From the IMG/VR virus record IMGVR_UViG_3300020444_000002, positions 1 through 64,000 of that record: a stretch of 64,000 bases of DNA. One strand, given 5' to 3'. Numbering within the stretch: the stretch's first letter is position 1; each line of letters opens with the position of its first letter. The position numbers and the translations under genes were made by a program. The notes beneath the pieces were generated by a model. The model was not told the origin of the DNA. It worked only from the letters and a program-made list of their open reading frames with translations, and made no database searches. This DNA is from a virus. Positions 8,037-18,646 of this stretch are shown here, one piece after another.

Positions 8037-8083
8037 ATTTATATTTTCTTTCTCTTTTTGTTTTTGTCTCTATACTAATTATA

Positions 8084-8467
8084 CTAAATATAGGAAGCTT
8101 TGCTCACCGGGACCAACTGAATAGTTACCTGTCCAATCGTGCATTTGTTTAAAAATGTAACATCATGGTCGGCCGCGTAAAAGCTAGCCGTCTTCGTTGT
8201 CTGTGTTTGCGTGTCGTAAAAACTGACCGAAAAATACGCATCATTGATAGCAGCTGATATTGCCGAGGCCTTTGCAAATGACAACTTTGTTGTTGTTATA
8301 TCGATGTTTGGGAATATCCCAATAAGAGTAGCAGAAATAGTACCGTTCATGTTACGGTCTGCATCCTTCCATAGCTTTGCATACTGTAGTTTGTAGCTTT
8401 CAACTTCACTCGTCGAAAGTGTTACGCCATTGATAGTTATTAGTGTTGAAGGAATTTGTGTTGCCAT
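8084..8467 (-). CDS. Putative distal tail protein
   Basis: Directly after the tape measure; LWKDADRNMNGT motif typical of small siphophage Dit-like proteins. Confidence 0.65.
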   Translation of the reverse strand: MATQIPSTLITINGVTLSTSEVESYKLQYAKLWKDADRNMNGTISATLIGIFPNIDITTTKLSFAKASAISAAINDAYFSVSFYDTQTQTTKTASFYAADHDVTFLNKCTIGQVTIQLVPVSKASYI

Positions 8468-11400
8468 TATACCCTAATCGTATTCCGACCGCTCATTTGG
8501 GTCTTTTCGTTAATCAATTCAATAATCTTATTTGCTACTTTATCTTCACCAATTTGAACAGTCAGGTTGATAGGCTGGCCATCACTATTGCCATTAGATG
8601 AATTTATCTTATCTGCAAGTTTATCTATCCACCCAGTGTTGTTTTCTAGTGGCATAACAGCTTCTTGACCATCCTCGCCCAATTGTGCGAATATAGGTGA
8701 ATCTATAATACCACCGCGTGCTAGGCGAGGTATGTTAACTCGACTTACTTTTCCTAGTTTTACGCCAGGTATAGCGTTAATAACATCTACAACACCATTT
8801 ATAGCGTTAACAAATGTATTAATAGTGTTCTCAACAAGATTAAGCACATTGTTGATAGCGCCTTTAACACCTTTGCCTATAGCATTACCAACAGCAACCC
8901 CAATTCTTCCAAACACACCCACTATAGAGTTCCATACGCCACGGAAGAACCCGGTGACATTATTGAAGACGTTCTTTATAGCGTTCCAGGCGTTTCTAAA
9001 TACGTCACCAAAGAACCTTACAGCCACGCCGAATACGTTAGCTATATTGCTCCAAACGCCAGAGAAGAAGCCCCCAACCACCGACCAGACTAACTTAACG
9101 CCTTCCCAGGCCAGTTTGAATAAATTGACATATATACCAACATAGAATGATATTGAGTCCCCTATTGCCCTAAATATATCGACAAAGAAGTCGATTACTA
9201 CACCCCATACAAGCTTAATACCTTCCCAAGCATCCTTAAAGAAATTGCCAATATTCGTTAGTGTTTCACCAACAAAATTACCAATATTTGTAAATGCAGT
9301 TGTAAAGAACTCCTTTATACCAGTCACTACATCTGTGGCGATTTTCCTCATTGCTGGCCATATCTTACTCCAATTTTGGAATAATATTACGAGTATCGCT
9401 ACTATAGCTACAATCGCTATCGCAATTAGAGTTAGTGGTAGAACCGCAAGGCCTATAGATACAGCACCCGTAGCGAACAACGCAATAATGACACCCAATA
9501 TAACAGAGAATGCAATAAAGAACGGAATTGGGTTACTGGATATAAATTCACCAATTGCCGCAAATGGGTTGGAAAGACCCGTATCAAACTTGCCCTGTAA
9601 GTCTTCAAATTGTTTTGTCATGCTAGAAAGGGCATCGTCAAAGTTGCCGGTATCTATATCTGGTAGTGCTAGCCCACCGCCACCAAGTCCGCCTCCAAAG
9701 TCTGGCGCTGGAAGTGCTGGAAGCCCAGCTATTCCTGCTCCACCTGAAGTTTTATCAGTGAGAACATTCATCTTGTCGAATCCAGCCAGACCCTTTTGTG
9801 CTTTTTCGGCAGAGCCACTCACGTCATTTAATGAGTCGCTTAGTGCGGAAAGCCCACCAGTCGATGTCTTGTTACCGGAGCTATTTACATCATTGAGTGA
9901 ACCTTGCAATGAACCCAAAGAACCACCAAGACCAACAGATGCTGAAGTCGCATCTTTCGCTTTGCTAGAGAACACACCAAGCATACCAAGTACAATAAGT
10001 ATCCCGGTTGCAAGTACGAGTAGCGGTATTAGTGCAGCCTGTAGGAATAACGCAGCTCTTGCGGCAAAACTCAGGCCTCCGCCAGCTGCTGTTGCTGCTT
10101 GTGCCATATTCAGCATTGTTACAGCAGCCATATTTGTTGTAAAGGCGAGAACTTGCTCTGCGCCTGCTGTGGCTATTGCTGCTTGTCCCTTGCGCAATAT
10201 AGAAGCTGCGGCAGCATTAGTCGCTAGTGTCAAAAAGTATGAAAGTGTTATGTATGTTATTAATGCCGCACCAATGATAATTAGGGCACTACCAAGTGGG
10301 CCTTTTATTATAGAACCTATGACTATTAATGCGCCAGCAACAATTACGGCGGCAGAGGCTATTGCGCCCAAAGCCCCGAACACTACAACCATCTGCTGTA
10401 CAACATTGAAAGCAGTAACCGCTAGAACCCTAAATGCGAGATATAGTTGTGTGAAGTATGTTAATATTGGCTTCACGACAAGAGCAGTAACAAGAAAACT
10501 TAGAACCATCTGCTGAAGGGCTGGGTTAAGTGTAGAAAATGCCTGTATAAGTCCAAGGAAGACGTTAACTATGTTGCCAATAGCACCCGCAACTGTCCTT
10601 AACGTAATGGCCGTGAACCTAAACAATGATACTAATTTTGCTTGTCCCTCAGCAGAATTTACCCACTCTGTTGTTGCATTTATGATTTCTGTAAGTGTTG
10701 ATATTAACGAATTTCCAGACAATATTGCCGTACGGAATATAGATGTTAACAAGCCAAATACAGAGCCAATAAGTCCACCAAGTTGTTGCAGGGCAATAAC
10801 ACCAAAAGCGATTGAGAGATTGAAGGCTCTCTGCCCTTTAGCCGAGCTGAGATATGCCGCGCTTGCTTCTGATAGCCCAACAAGATATTCTGCAAATAAT
10901 TGTACATATGGTGCAGTTATTAAGTATAGGTTGGTAAAGATGGTAAGTAGTGGGCCTAACGCCTCTGAAAGTGTATCTATAGAACGCGCAGTATTATTAA
11001 ATATCTCATTCAGTACACCTCTAAAAATAGGGGTATTCGCAAGGTTAGCAGCCTCGTTAAAGGTGCGGTTAAGCGCCTGCCCCATAACTTGGAACCCACG
11101 ATTAACAATAGGTAAAGTATTGCCGCCTAATTCAAGAAGCGTATCTCCAACACCCTTGAGTAGTGCTTGTTGGGTATTGAGTTTTATGCTATTTAGTGCA
11201 TTATTCAGGCCACCAACAGCGTAGGCGACCTCTGTTGCTGCTGGTCCAAGCTTTTCTAGTGACTCCTGGAAGTCTTCCCCATCATTCTTAGCTATCGCCT
11301 TAAATGCGTCACCAAGTCCCGCTACGCCCGCTTTAACCGCTAATGAACCTGCTGTTATCTGCGCAAATATAGGTATAAGTACTGTTGCTGTCGAACCTGC

Positions 11401-11703
11401 TGCTGCTAAAGCACCAGAAAGTTCAAGAATAGCTCCCGAAAGAGCTGTTACGCCAACGATAACTGATGTTATATTAAAGGCAGAAAACGCTACAGCGAAG
11501 TTACGAATCTGGTTCGCTGCTGTACTGGCGTTAACACGGATATCTTTGAAGTTATTCTCACTTCTGTTTGCTGTTCTTGTTAGCGCCTTGTCAATTTTCT
11601 TGCCCGCTAGTTCTGCCTCGGTGACAGCTCTAGCCATACCCCTAGAAAAGCCAGAGGTATCAGCGTCGATTATATATTTTACTGTTTCACCTTTGCCTGG
11701 CAT
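8467..11703 (-). CDS. Tape measure protein
   Basis: 1078 aa helical, Trp/Phe periodic repeats, C-terminal IPRLARGGII...GEDGQEAVMPL. Confidence 0.93.
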   Translation of the reverse strand: MPGKGETVKYIIDADTSGFSRGMARAVTEAELAGKKIDKALTRTANRSENNFKDIRVNASTAANQIRNFAVAFSAFNITSVIVGVTALSGAILELSGALAAAGSTATVLIPIFAQITAGSLAVKAGVAGLGDAFKAIAKNDGEDFQESLEKLGPAATEVAYAVGGLNNALNSIKLNTQQALLKGVGDTLLELGGNTLPIVNRGFQVMGQALNRTFNEAANLANTPIFRGVLNEIFNNTARSIDTLSEALGPLLTIFTNLYLITAPYVQLFAEYLVGLSEASAAYLSSAKGQRAFNLSIAFGVIALQQLGGLIGSVFGLLTSIFRTAILSGNSLISTLTEIINATTEWVNSAEGQAKLVSLFRFTAITLRTVAGAIGNIVNVFLGLIQAFSTLNPALQQMVLSFLVTALVVKPILTYFTQLYLAFRVLAVTAFNVVQQMVVVFGALGAIASAAVIVAGALIVIGSIIKGPLGSALIIIGAALITYITLSYFLTLATNAAAASILRKGQAAIATAGAEQVLAFTTNMAAVTMLNMAQAATAAGGGLSFAARAALFLQAALIPLLVLATGILIVLGMLGVFSSKAKDATSASVGLGGSLGSLQGSLNDVNSSGNKTSTGGLSALSDSLNDVSGSAEKAQKGLAGFDKMNVLTDKTSGGAGIAGLPALPAPDFGGGLGGGGLALPDIDTGNFDDALSSMTKQFEDLQGKFDTGLSNPFAAIGEFISSNPIPFFIAFSVILGVIIALFATGAVSIGLAVLPLTLIAIAIVAIVAILVILFQNWSKIWPAMRKIATDVVTGIKEFFTTAFTNIGNFVGETLTNIGNFFKDAWEGIKLVWGVVIDFFVDIFRAIGDSISFYVGIYVNLFKLAWEGVKLVWSVVGGFFSGVWSNIANVFGVAVRFFGDVFRNAWNAIKNVFNNVTGFFRGVWNSIVGVFGRIGVAVGNAIGKGVKGAINNVLNLVENTINTFVNAINGVVDVINAIPGVKLGKVSRVNIPRLARGGIIDSPIFAQLGEDGQEAVMPLENNTGWIDKLADKINSSNGNSDGQPINLTVQIGEDKVANKIIELINEKTQMSGRNTIRV

Positions 11704-11706
11704 TTA

Positions 11707-12012
11707 TTATCCTTTGAGTATTTTTCTAAAATGTTCCATGAGCGATTTAACGCCCTTGCCGTCCTTGCTATGTGGAGCAGAAGCAATCATAGTTAGGTTG
11801 TGCATACGAGATGCTTCTATCTTTTCTGCTGTTTTTAGTAAAAGAACGACGTCGCGATATGGCATTACCTCTACATCCTCTAACTTATACTGTGGGTAAT
11901 GGTATGCCACAGTTGCATAAATAGTTCTGTTTTCGCCGAATGCCGAATTGGTTGCTTCAACCTTCGCTTGATGGATTGGCTGAACTTCGACGTTCACGCC
12001 TTCCTTTGCCAC
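11707..12012 (-). CDS. Tail assembly chaperone, downstream (T-like) ORF
   Basis: Position between chaperone and tape measure. Confidence 0.6.
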   Translation of the reverse strand: MAKEGVNVEVQPIHQAKVEATNSAFGENRTIYATVAYHYPQYKLEDVEVMPYRDVVLLLKTAEKIEASRMHNLTMIASAPHSKDGKGVKSLMEHFRKILKG

Positions 12013-12016
12013 GAGA

Positions 12017-12337
12017 CTATTCCAAGTTAATTTCTTTAGCCATCATTTTACGGAAGTTGCGAACTACGTTGATTGGCTGATCTTCGAGTACTTCGCTAAT
12101 AGGGTTTTCATGACCCACTGGTGTAACCAATTGGTTCATTTCAGTTTCACTAGCTTTACTCTTCTTTTTGATTACCTTTTCATCAGCATTCTTCTGAATC
12201 AACTGTTGCAATTCCTGGTTCATTTCGCTAAGCTTGCGCATTTCTTTTGTTGTAGGGTAACGGAAAGAATACTCAAGGTCACCTAATTTGAATGTGAATG
12301 AGTCGCTTAAATTATCTGTTAGGTTGTATTGTGCCAT
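12017..12337 (-). CDS. Tail assembly chaperone (G-like)
   Basis: Position after the tail tube gene; size. Confidence 0.65.
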   Translation of the reverse strand: MAQYNLTDNLSDSFTFKLGDLEYSFRYPTTKEMRKLSEMNQELQQLIQKNADEKVIKKKSKASETEMNQLVTPVGHENPISEVLEDQPINVVRNFRKMMAKEINLE

Positions 12338-12377
12338 GTTATGTTGTCTCCTGTGGACTTTAATGGTTTTAAATATG

Positions 12378-12470
12378 CTCTGTGAGCTTTTCTAAGCCGT
12401 TCTGAGGCGTTTTAGGGCGAAAGACGGGACTATACCCATCTTTCTACCTTAAAGCGCTTAAAATGGCCTG
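12378..12470 (+). repeat. Dispersed repeat, copy B
   Basis: 24-bp exact match TTCTAAGCCGTTCTGAGGCGTTTT (12390-12413) with 50770-50793. Confidence 0.75.
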
Positions 12471-12495
12471 TTTTTTGTGTTTGTTAAACTACTGA

Positions 12496-13002
12496 TTAGC
12501 TAATGCTTCCAGTCGCAGATGTGAACACCTGTACTGATGCATCGCCCTGAGCTGGCTCACCAATGAATCTAACTGTGAAAGTAAGCAGTGTTGAATCCTG
12601 CAAATCAACAGAGTCGATTGTTGTACGAGCATTTACTAGACGAACAACTGTTGCGTCTGTGCCACAACTGATGATGTCTAGGTTGTTGTAAACAGGGTTT
12701 GTGTCACAGCTTGCAGCTAGTACGTCGATAGCACCACTTGCATTAGCGACAGTCTCACCTGTTGACATTTCTTCGCCTTGAGCGACGTAATATTGTGGAA
12801 GAACCACTGCTAACGCCTCAACATCACTCTTTAGGAGCTGGATTGAAGCTGTAGCTGAGATTGCACCCTCTAGGGTAGTCTTACGACCATCAAGAGTAGT
12901 GTAATCACTTGAGTCTACACTATAGTCAAATGAGTAGTCTTGCACGTTTGAAAGTGTGTTGCTACCCCATTTAACTGTGAATGGACCTTTTACTGTTGCC
13001 AT
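12496..13002 (-). CDS. Major tail tube protein
   Basis: Acidic beta-rich 168 aa; synteny. Confidence 0.7.
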   Translation of the reverse strand: MATVKGPFTVKWGSNTLSNVQDYSFDYSVDSSDYTTLDGRKTTLEGAISATASIQLLKSDVEALAVVLPQYYVAQGEEMSTGETVANASGAIDVLAASCDTNPVYNNLDIISCGTDATVVRLVNARTTIDSVDLQDSTLLTFTVRFIGEPAQGDASVQVFTSATGSIS

Positions 13003-13025
13003 TTTAATATCCTTTTTCTTTATTT

Positions 13026-13451
13026 TTAACTAACATAACTGACATATATTTGCATATCAACTGAGAACGAGCCTTGACGGCGGTTTTCGGCATCTCTGTC
13101 ATTATCCTCTGGTAAGCTTGCCTCAATATCGTGCATTTCAAAACCGTTCAGCATCAGGCAATCTCTTGAATTGACCTTCCTGCTTAGTTCAAACAGGGTT
13201 TTTTCAACTAGACGGCCTGATTTGTTACGGTAAAATACATCTACTGTAAACTGTTGCACGCTTTCAGCTGTAATGTTCTTCTGTGTTACATCCCCACCCG
13301 ATGTGATTATCCAATAAGCATTGTTAATTGGCTCATCATTCTCGTCAACATCTGGTATTTGGTTAAGAAAGATATCTACGTCAAATGTGCCGTACCCATT
13401 GTCTTCCATCCATTTTATGAATGCTTCTGATACTGTTTCTGGGTTTATCAT
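13026..13451 (-). CDS. Tail terminator/completion protein
   Basis: Synteny and size. Confidence 0.6.
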   Translation of the reverse strand: MINPETVSEAFIKWMEDNGYGTFDVDIFLNQIPDVDENDEPINNAYWIITSGGDVTQKNITAESVQQFTVDVFYRNKSGRLVEKTLFELSRKVNSRDCLMLNGFEMHDIEASLPEDNDRDAENRRQGSFSVDMQIYVSYVS

Positions 13452-13825
13452 ACCTTTTTACCGAAATACTTTTTAGCTTTTGATGTTACTTTTTTAACAG
13501 AAGTTTCTGCAAAGTGTGCGCGAGTCCCTGGAGTAGTGTACCGACGAACCGGACCACTAGTATAGCCACGTTCCTGATACCAGGCATATGGTCGTTTCCA
13601 TTCTATCGTTCCGCGTACAACTGAACCTAGCTTTTGGGTTGTTTTCCTCACGTCTCCGCGAAGGTCACCTGTTAGTTTTGGTGTAATTGGGCGACTAGTA
13701 CGATGAATGTCCTCAATCATCTGTCTCATGCCAATGGTAGTGTTTCGCTCTACTTTTCGGCGCTTTTCGTTAAGATCAAAGCTTCCTTCTTTCCTAACGC
13801 TGATTTTAATGTTCCTTGTAGGCAT
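13448..13825 (-). CDS. HK97 gp10-like tail completion protein
   Basis: TPKLTGDLR...PYAWYQERG...PGTRAHF. Confidence 0.75.
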   Translation of the reverse strand: MPTRNIKISVRKEGSFDLNEKRRKVERNTTIGMRQMIEDIHRTSRPITPKLTGDLRGDVRKTTQKLGSVVRGTIEWKRPYAWYQERGYTSGPVRRYTTPGTRAHFAETSVKKVTSKAKKYFGKKV

Positions 13826-14197
13826 TTAGGCCTCCAGTGGTTTTGCAGCTACCTCTAGTTGCACTAGCACGTTGTTTACTTCATTTGTAAGAAGTTTCCT
13901 CTGTGCAACCTCTACACTACTGATTATATACCATTGCTCTTCGCCGAATGGCGTGATTTTAAAGTATAAACCCTGTAGTTTGTAGCCTTTGCTAACGATG
14001 AACGTATTATCTACGTCAAGGTAGGCATATGCATCGGATTGCGTGAATTCCTGGTTACCTGATTGCTCTCGTGAGAAATCTTGGAAGAACGCACATGCAA
14101 TCTCGTTTTCACTAGATATTGTGGCATCCCCGTAACCGTCTGTCGTCACTTTAACTATATGGGCAGTATCTGGTGTTGGTACTTTTATATTGCTCAT
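13826..14197 (-). CDS. Head closure protein
   Basis: DGYG motif; synteny. Confidence 0.6.
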   Translation of the reverse strand: MSNIKVPTPDTAHIVKVTTDGYGDATISSENEIACAFFQDFSREQSGNQEFTQSDAYAYLDVDNTFIVSKGYKLQGLYFKITPFGEEQWYIISSVEVAQRKLLTNEVNNVLVQLEVAAKPLEA

Positions 14198-14955
14198 ACT
14201 GTTGGAATCCTAGTGGCTTTTTTACCATTAGGTCCAGCATACTGAGCAAGAACAGACAAGCCACCTTCTGATTGCTCCGGTGATAAGTCTACACCTTTTC
14301 CACCCCCAGCATTGTTGCGTGTCCAGCTATGGCCGTTTACAGATTCAGATTTTAGACTCCCTGATACAGAGTAGTCTGGGTTTGAATAGTAACTAACCAT
14401 ATCTGCCCACAAATATGCGAGATCGTCAGGCATGTTATTACAATTTAACCAATCGCCATCAACCGCAACCATTAATCCGCTGCCATTGCCTAGTTGCTGT
14501 ACTAGCCAGCCATACCAGTCCCAATTGAACCAAGCTGTTTCACGCTGTATGTATTTACCGAACTTTCGAGCATTCTTCATTGCGTAGTTGCTTAAATCCA
14601 TAATCGTGACGAACTGGTCGTCGTTCCTGGACTGTACCAACTTTACATGGTAGACATTGCGGAATGGGTCTGTAATAAGGTATGGGTCTTTCTCGTTGTA
14701 GTCAAACAAACGATATTCACCACTTTGCTCATCGGCGTCAAGCAGATTTGATGTATCTATTGGGTAGTATGGGTAAGCACCTTGGAATTGCACTTTACCG
14801 AGTTCTTCTTTGTCAATGTTCTTTGATGGGATAAGGGAGTAACCTAACGCAGTTTCTAACACCCCATTTACCTTACGGATAGCTGCATTGTAGCGCTGCT
14901 TGTCCGTTTCGGAAACGGTAGTACCTGTTAGCTCTGTATATTTCGTTAGGTCCAC
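14194..14955 (-). CDS. Head-tail adaptor
   Basis: LKSESVNGHSWT motif; directly after the capsid gene. Confidence 0.7.
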   Translation of the reverse strand: MDLTKYTELTGTTVSETDKQRYNAAIRKVNGVLETALGYSLIPSKNIDKEELGKVQFQGAYPYYPIDTSNLLDADEQSGEYRLFDYNEKDPYLITDPFRNVYHVKLVQSRNDDQFVTIMDLSNYAMKNARKFGKYIQRETAWFNWDWYGWLVQQLGNGSGLMVAVDGDWLNCNNMPDDLAYLWADMVSYYSNPDYSVSGSLKSESVNGHSWTRNNAGGGKGVDLSPEQSEGGLSVLAQYAGPNGKKATRIPTV

Positions 14956-15002
14956 TCCGAATCCCCTTTTGTGTTACTTTTTGTTTTTAAGAGACGTATC
15001 TG

Positions 15003-17159
15003 TTAGGATACAGCAGCAGCTGAGATAGCGGCTACAAGACGAGTGTCCTTCACAACACCGCCACGGAAGAATGAACCACGAAGCACAACTTCGTTACGCT
15101 GGTAGGCTGAGTAAACAGTGCCTTCGATTTCGTAAGAAGCTGAACCATCTACGTCGTACTTCAAACCACCACTTGTACGACCTGTGAAGGTGTCAAGCTG
15201 TGCGTAGAATACAGCGTAAGAAACGGTTACATCTGAGCCATGAACCTTGAAAGTTCTAGTTTCAGCTGTGTTGATAGTAGGTAGCAAGTCATTTGGCACT
15301 GTTACGAATGGTGTACCAAAGATAGTTCCATTTGCAACTTCCTGTAGGACGGCAGCGTTCTGTGAAGATACAGCCTGTCCGATTAGGAATGCCTTAGTCT
15401 TGTTGTTGAACACAAGCGTACCAGTGCTTGTAGCATCTGACGCTAGAGCAACTGTTTGCGCCCAGCCAACTAGACCATCGCTGATGTCAAGTGTTTGCAC
15501 CTGACCGTTGCTGTCAACAGCCTGTTGTAGACGAGCCACAACCAACTGCGCACGCTTACGGTCGTAGTCGTTACGGTAACCTTCTGCAACATCTGAAAGA
15601 ATGTCAGCAGCAGCGAATTTGATTACGTTGATTGAGATAGGTGTTACGGCAGCCATTTCCTCTAGGCGGTCAGTGTGGGCACCGTAGCCAGGAGTACTTA
15701 CAGGCTTCAAACGATCACCAGTTTGGTCTGGACCAACACCAATTGGCACTGATTGCATGTCGATGTCAGATGAACGTGTCAACCAACCGAAGTCGATAGA
15801 GCTTGTCTCTTTCCAGTTAGTAATCTTCAATAGGGCTGTGTAATCGTTACGCTTTGTAGCAATTTCGTTGTAAAGCTCTGGGCCAATAACGAAGTTACCA
15901 AGATCAGCAAGTGTCATGCTGTTTTTAACAAGCTTAGCGTCCTTTAGGGCGTTAAGGTTGATTGCGTTAATCTCGTCAAGAGTCTTACGACCTTCGACTG
16001 AGTGCATACGCTCAACAGCTACAGCAGCATTAAGTTGCTTAGCGAACAGTTCCTCAGAACTTAGATCAGCATAAGCGTTCTCTTCTTTCTTGCTGTCAAC
16101 CTTCTTAAACTCAGGAGCCTTTGCGCTTGCATCAAGAGCGTTCTTAGCATCAGCTTTAACAGCAGCTAGTTCCTCTTGTACTGGCTTAAGAGCGTTAGCA
16201 ATAACTTCTGCCATTTCTTCTTTAGTCATTTGATTTTCCTTTTTTTCTAGTTCTTCTTTTTCTTTTTTAGCGGCTGATTCAGCTTTCTTAGCTTCTTCCG
16301 CCTCCTTAGCTTCTGCTTCTGCCTTGGCAGCAGCTTCTGCTTCCTCAGCGGCTTTCTTTTCAGCAGCTTCTTTCTCTTCTGCTTCCTTCTTTTCCGCTTC
16401 TTCTTTTTCAGCAGCTTCTTTAGCAGCCTTTTCTTCGGCTTCCTTTTTCTCTGCCTCTTCTTTTTCGGCTAGTGCTTTGGCTTCCGCCTCTTTTTTAGCC
16501 TTCTTCTCTGCTTCCTCAGCTTCCTTTGCAGCAGCTTCCTCAGCAGCCTTCTTTTCAGCTTCTTCAACAGCGAGTTTTCTCTTTTCTTCTTCTGTCATGC
16601 TTTCTTCCTCAACAGCGTTTTTGATACTGGCTTCGATGCCAGAAACATCAATACCGTTTGATTTAGAGCGTTCAAGCGAATTATGAACAACTTCGTTAAA
16701 TTGATTTGCAACAGCGTTGTAGTTATTTGGTAGGACAACTTGTGATAACCCTACAAGTTCTGCGTTATAAAATACTCTATCTTGGTCGTTAGGATACGGC
16801 CCCATTGTTTCAATACTGAAAGAATTGGAGAAACCTCCTACGAGTAGGTCATATGCCAATTTTGCATATGCGCTCTCTTTTACAGCGTACTGAATACCTG
16901 AGATTATTACACGATTTCCTTGTTTCGCGACACCAATTGCCTTACCAATTAGTTTGTCAAGAGAATCTATATGGTCAGCGGTGACCTGCTTTCCGTACAT
17001 CGAAATGTCCAGAGAGTTAATGTCATACCGTGTGCCATTACGTTGAACAGAGTCATCTGTAATAGTTAATCCACCGGGGAACGAGATCATCCCGTCGCCT
17101 TCATCTACAAAACTATTCTTAGAAACTGAGACTTGTAACTGGTTTTTATTTTTTTCCAT
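15003..17159 (-). CDS. Fused prohead protease - scaffold - major capsid protein (HK97-like)
   Basis: N-terminal DHID...FSIET...ELVGLSQVVLPNN protease-like part, central E/A/K coiled coil, C-terminal capsid part (GTIFGTPFV, AYQRNEVVLR). Confidence 0.85.
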   Translation of the reverse strand: MEKNKNQLQVSVSKNSFVDEGDGMISFPGGLTITDDSVQRNGTRYDINSLDISMYGKQVTADHIDSLDKLIGKAIGVAKQGNRVIISGIQYAVKESAYAKLAYDLLVGGFSNSFSIETMGPYPNDQDRVFYNAELVGLSQVVLPNNYNAVANQFNEVVHNSLERSKSNGIDVSGIEASIKNAVEEESMTEEEKRKLAVEEAEKKAAEEAAAKEAEEAEKKAKKEAEAKALAEKEEAEKKEAEEKAAKEAAEKEEAEKKEAEEKEAAEKKAAEEAEAAAKAEAEAKEAEEAKKAESAAKKEKEELEKKENQMTKEEMAEVIANALKPVQEELAAVKADAKNALDASAKAPEFKKVDSKKEENAYADLSSEELFAKQLNAAVAVERMHSVEGRKTLDEINAINLNALKDAKLVKNSMTLADLGNFVIGPELYNEIATKRNDYTALLKITNWKETSSIDFGWLTRSSDIDMQSVPIGVGPDQTGDRLKPVSTPGYGAHTDRLEEMAAVTPISINVIKFAAADILSDVAEGYRNDYDRKRAQLVVARLQQAVDSNGQVQTLDISDGLVGWAQTVALASDATSTGTLVFNNKTKAFLIGQAVSSQNAAVLQEVANGTIFGTPFVTVPNDLLPTINTAETRTFKVHGSDVTVSYAVFYAQLDTFTGRTSGGLKYDVDGSASYEIEGTVYSAYQRNEVVLRGSFFRGGVVKDTRLVAAISAAAVS

Positions 17160-17302
17160 TTACTTCTTTCTCGTTTTCTGTTTCTTTTTTAAGGTGTTTT
17201 TCTTTTCTGGTTATCGTTCGCGGTGCTTTAGATAGCCTCTGGATACCTTCAAAGATAATTATAGCATAAGCGTAGGTAGGTTTAATCTGGGCTAGTAATC
17301 TA

Positions 17303-18202
17303 TCAACCTGGTAGTGCTTCCATGAATATAAATCTCATACTGAAGTATGCGGTTCCTGAGTTAGCACCAACCTGGTATCTCATATGGGCTGTTAGTGTTT
17401 CCCCTGGAGTTAACCCTGTTAATATCCTCTCCTGAGAGCCTGACGTTTGTAGTGTAGATGAACTGCCACCACTCAAGCGATAGTTTATACTCCATGTAGT
17501 GTTGTCTGTTTCAGTATAAGCACCTGAGTAGTTTATTGTAGCATTAGCAGCGCTACCCTGTGTTCCATTTCCCATGAGGGCACCGTATTTTATACGAACT
17601 ATACCACTAGATGGCACTACGAGTGCTGCGGTTGGACCACCAGATTGACTGCTAAAATCAAATGACGATGTACTAACCGTTCCATATGCATAATCAAAAG
17701 CCCATGTTCCTCTGCTCTCAGCAAAATTGACACCAGAGTTTGATGCAGTACCAGAGCCGCTCGGCAGTGCCTGCATTATAATATAGCGTTGCTCAAAATA
17801 AGCAGTCCAGCTGCCCCTGCGTTGGTATCTCATAAGAGCAGTTAATGTCTCTCCTGGTGTCATTCCAGTAACAAGCTGCATTGTGCCCGCAGATGTGTTA
17901 GCACTTCCTGGGTTTGAACCAGAAGACCTGTATGTTGCAGCGGTTGCACTAAAATCATCAGTTTGAGTATAAGCTCCTGATAGATTGACTGTTATATTTC
18001 CGCCACTTCCAGAAAGACCAGTTCCACCCATCCTTGCGCCATATTCTATTAATACAGCACCACTCTCTGGTACAATAATTGAACATTCAGGCCCATCGCC
18101 AAGGCTAACAAAACTATCTGATGTTGTAGACACAGACCCCGCCTCATACGATGTAGCAAACGAACCAAGTTTATCAAAATTAGTTGTAGAATTTTTCGTC
18201 AT
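17303..18202 (-). CDS. Putative tail fibre tip/receptor-binding protein with two copies of a ~140-aa domain
   Basis: Repeated VST..F...GP..IVP.SG...TG(M/L)TPGETLT. Confidence 0.6.
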   Translation of the reverse strand: MTKNSTTNFDKLGSFATSYEAGSVSTTSDSFVSLGDGPECSIIVPESGAVLIEYGARMGGTGLSGSGGNITVNLSGAYTQTDDFSATAATYRSSGSNPGSANTSAGTMQLVTGMTPGETLTALMRYQRRGSWTAYFEQRYIIMQALPSGSGTASNSGVNFAESRGTWAFDYAYGTVSTSSFDFSSQSGGPTAALVVPSSGIVRIKYGALMGNGTQGSAANATINYSGAYTETDNTTWSINYRLSGGSSSTLQTSGSQERILTGLTPGETLTAHMRYQVGANSGTAYFSMRFIFMEALPG

Positions 18203-18205
18203 ATA

Positions 18206-18646
18206 TTACTCCGGCAACGCTCTCATCACAATTATCCTTTGCTTAAAATGCCCAGTACCTGAACTCACCCTTGCATATTTCATCTCACCTGTCAGCGTCT
18301 CACCTGGGGTCAGGCCAGTAATCACCCTCTTAGTGAGACATGCTGTATTACCGTTACCTGGTGATGTACCGCTTGAGTTGTAGTTTATTGCATAGCTGTC
18401 ACTTGCACTAGAAACATATGCCCCAGAGTACTCAACAGCAGACCTGCCGGAATTACCCTGAGTTGTTTGACCAATAATAGCGTATAGTTCAACAAGCACC
18501 TTACCACTCTTAGGGACAACAATCGATGCAGTTGGACCACCAAGGCTAGTAAAACTGCCCGAAGTGGTAGACACTGAGCCTGAATCTACGCTATAGCTGA
18601 TTGAATTAGTGTAGTCATAATTAGCAGCAGAATTTCTTAGGGCCAT
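18206..18646 (-). CDS. Paralogous single-domain putative receptor-binding protein
   Basis: Same domain as 17303-18202. Confidence 0.6.
   Translation of the reverse strand: MALRNSAANYDYTNSISYSVDSGSVSTTSGSFTSLGGPTASIVVPKSGKVLVELYAIIGQTTQGNSGRSAVEYSGAYVSSASDSYAINYNSSGTSPGNGNTACLTKRVITGLTPGETLTGEMKYARVSSGTGHFKQRIIVMRALPE

Noticed and set aside
8732-11899. Long plus-strand ORFs (e.g. 9245-10516, 423 aa) and many similar antisense ORFs elsewhere
   Set aside because: Shadow frames of well-supported minus-strand genes, with no motifs or start signals of their own.
12005-12050. Programmed frameshift between the tail chaperone ORFs
   Set aside because: The downstream ORF is in the +1 frame, open for only about 10 codons before its GTG, and no canonical XXXYYYZ slippery heptamer is visible; plausible but unsupported.
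16250-16610. Highly repetitive GCTTCT/TTCTTC-rich DNA
   Set aside because: Encodes the Glu/Ala/Lys coiled-coil scaffold region of the capsid polyprotein.
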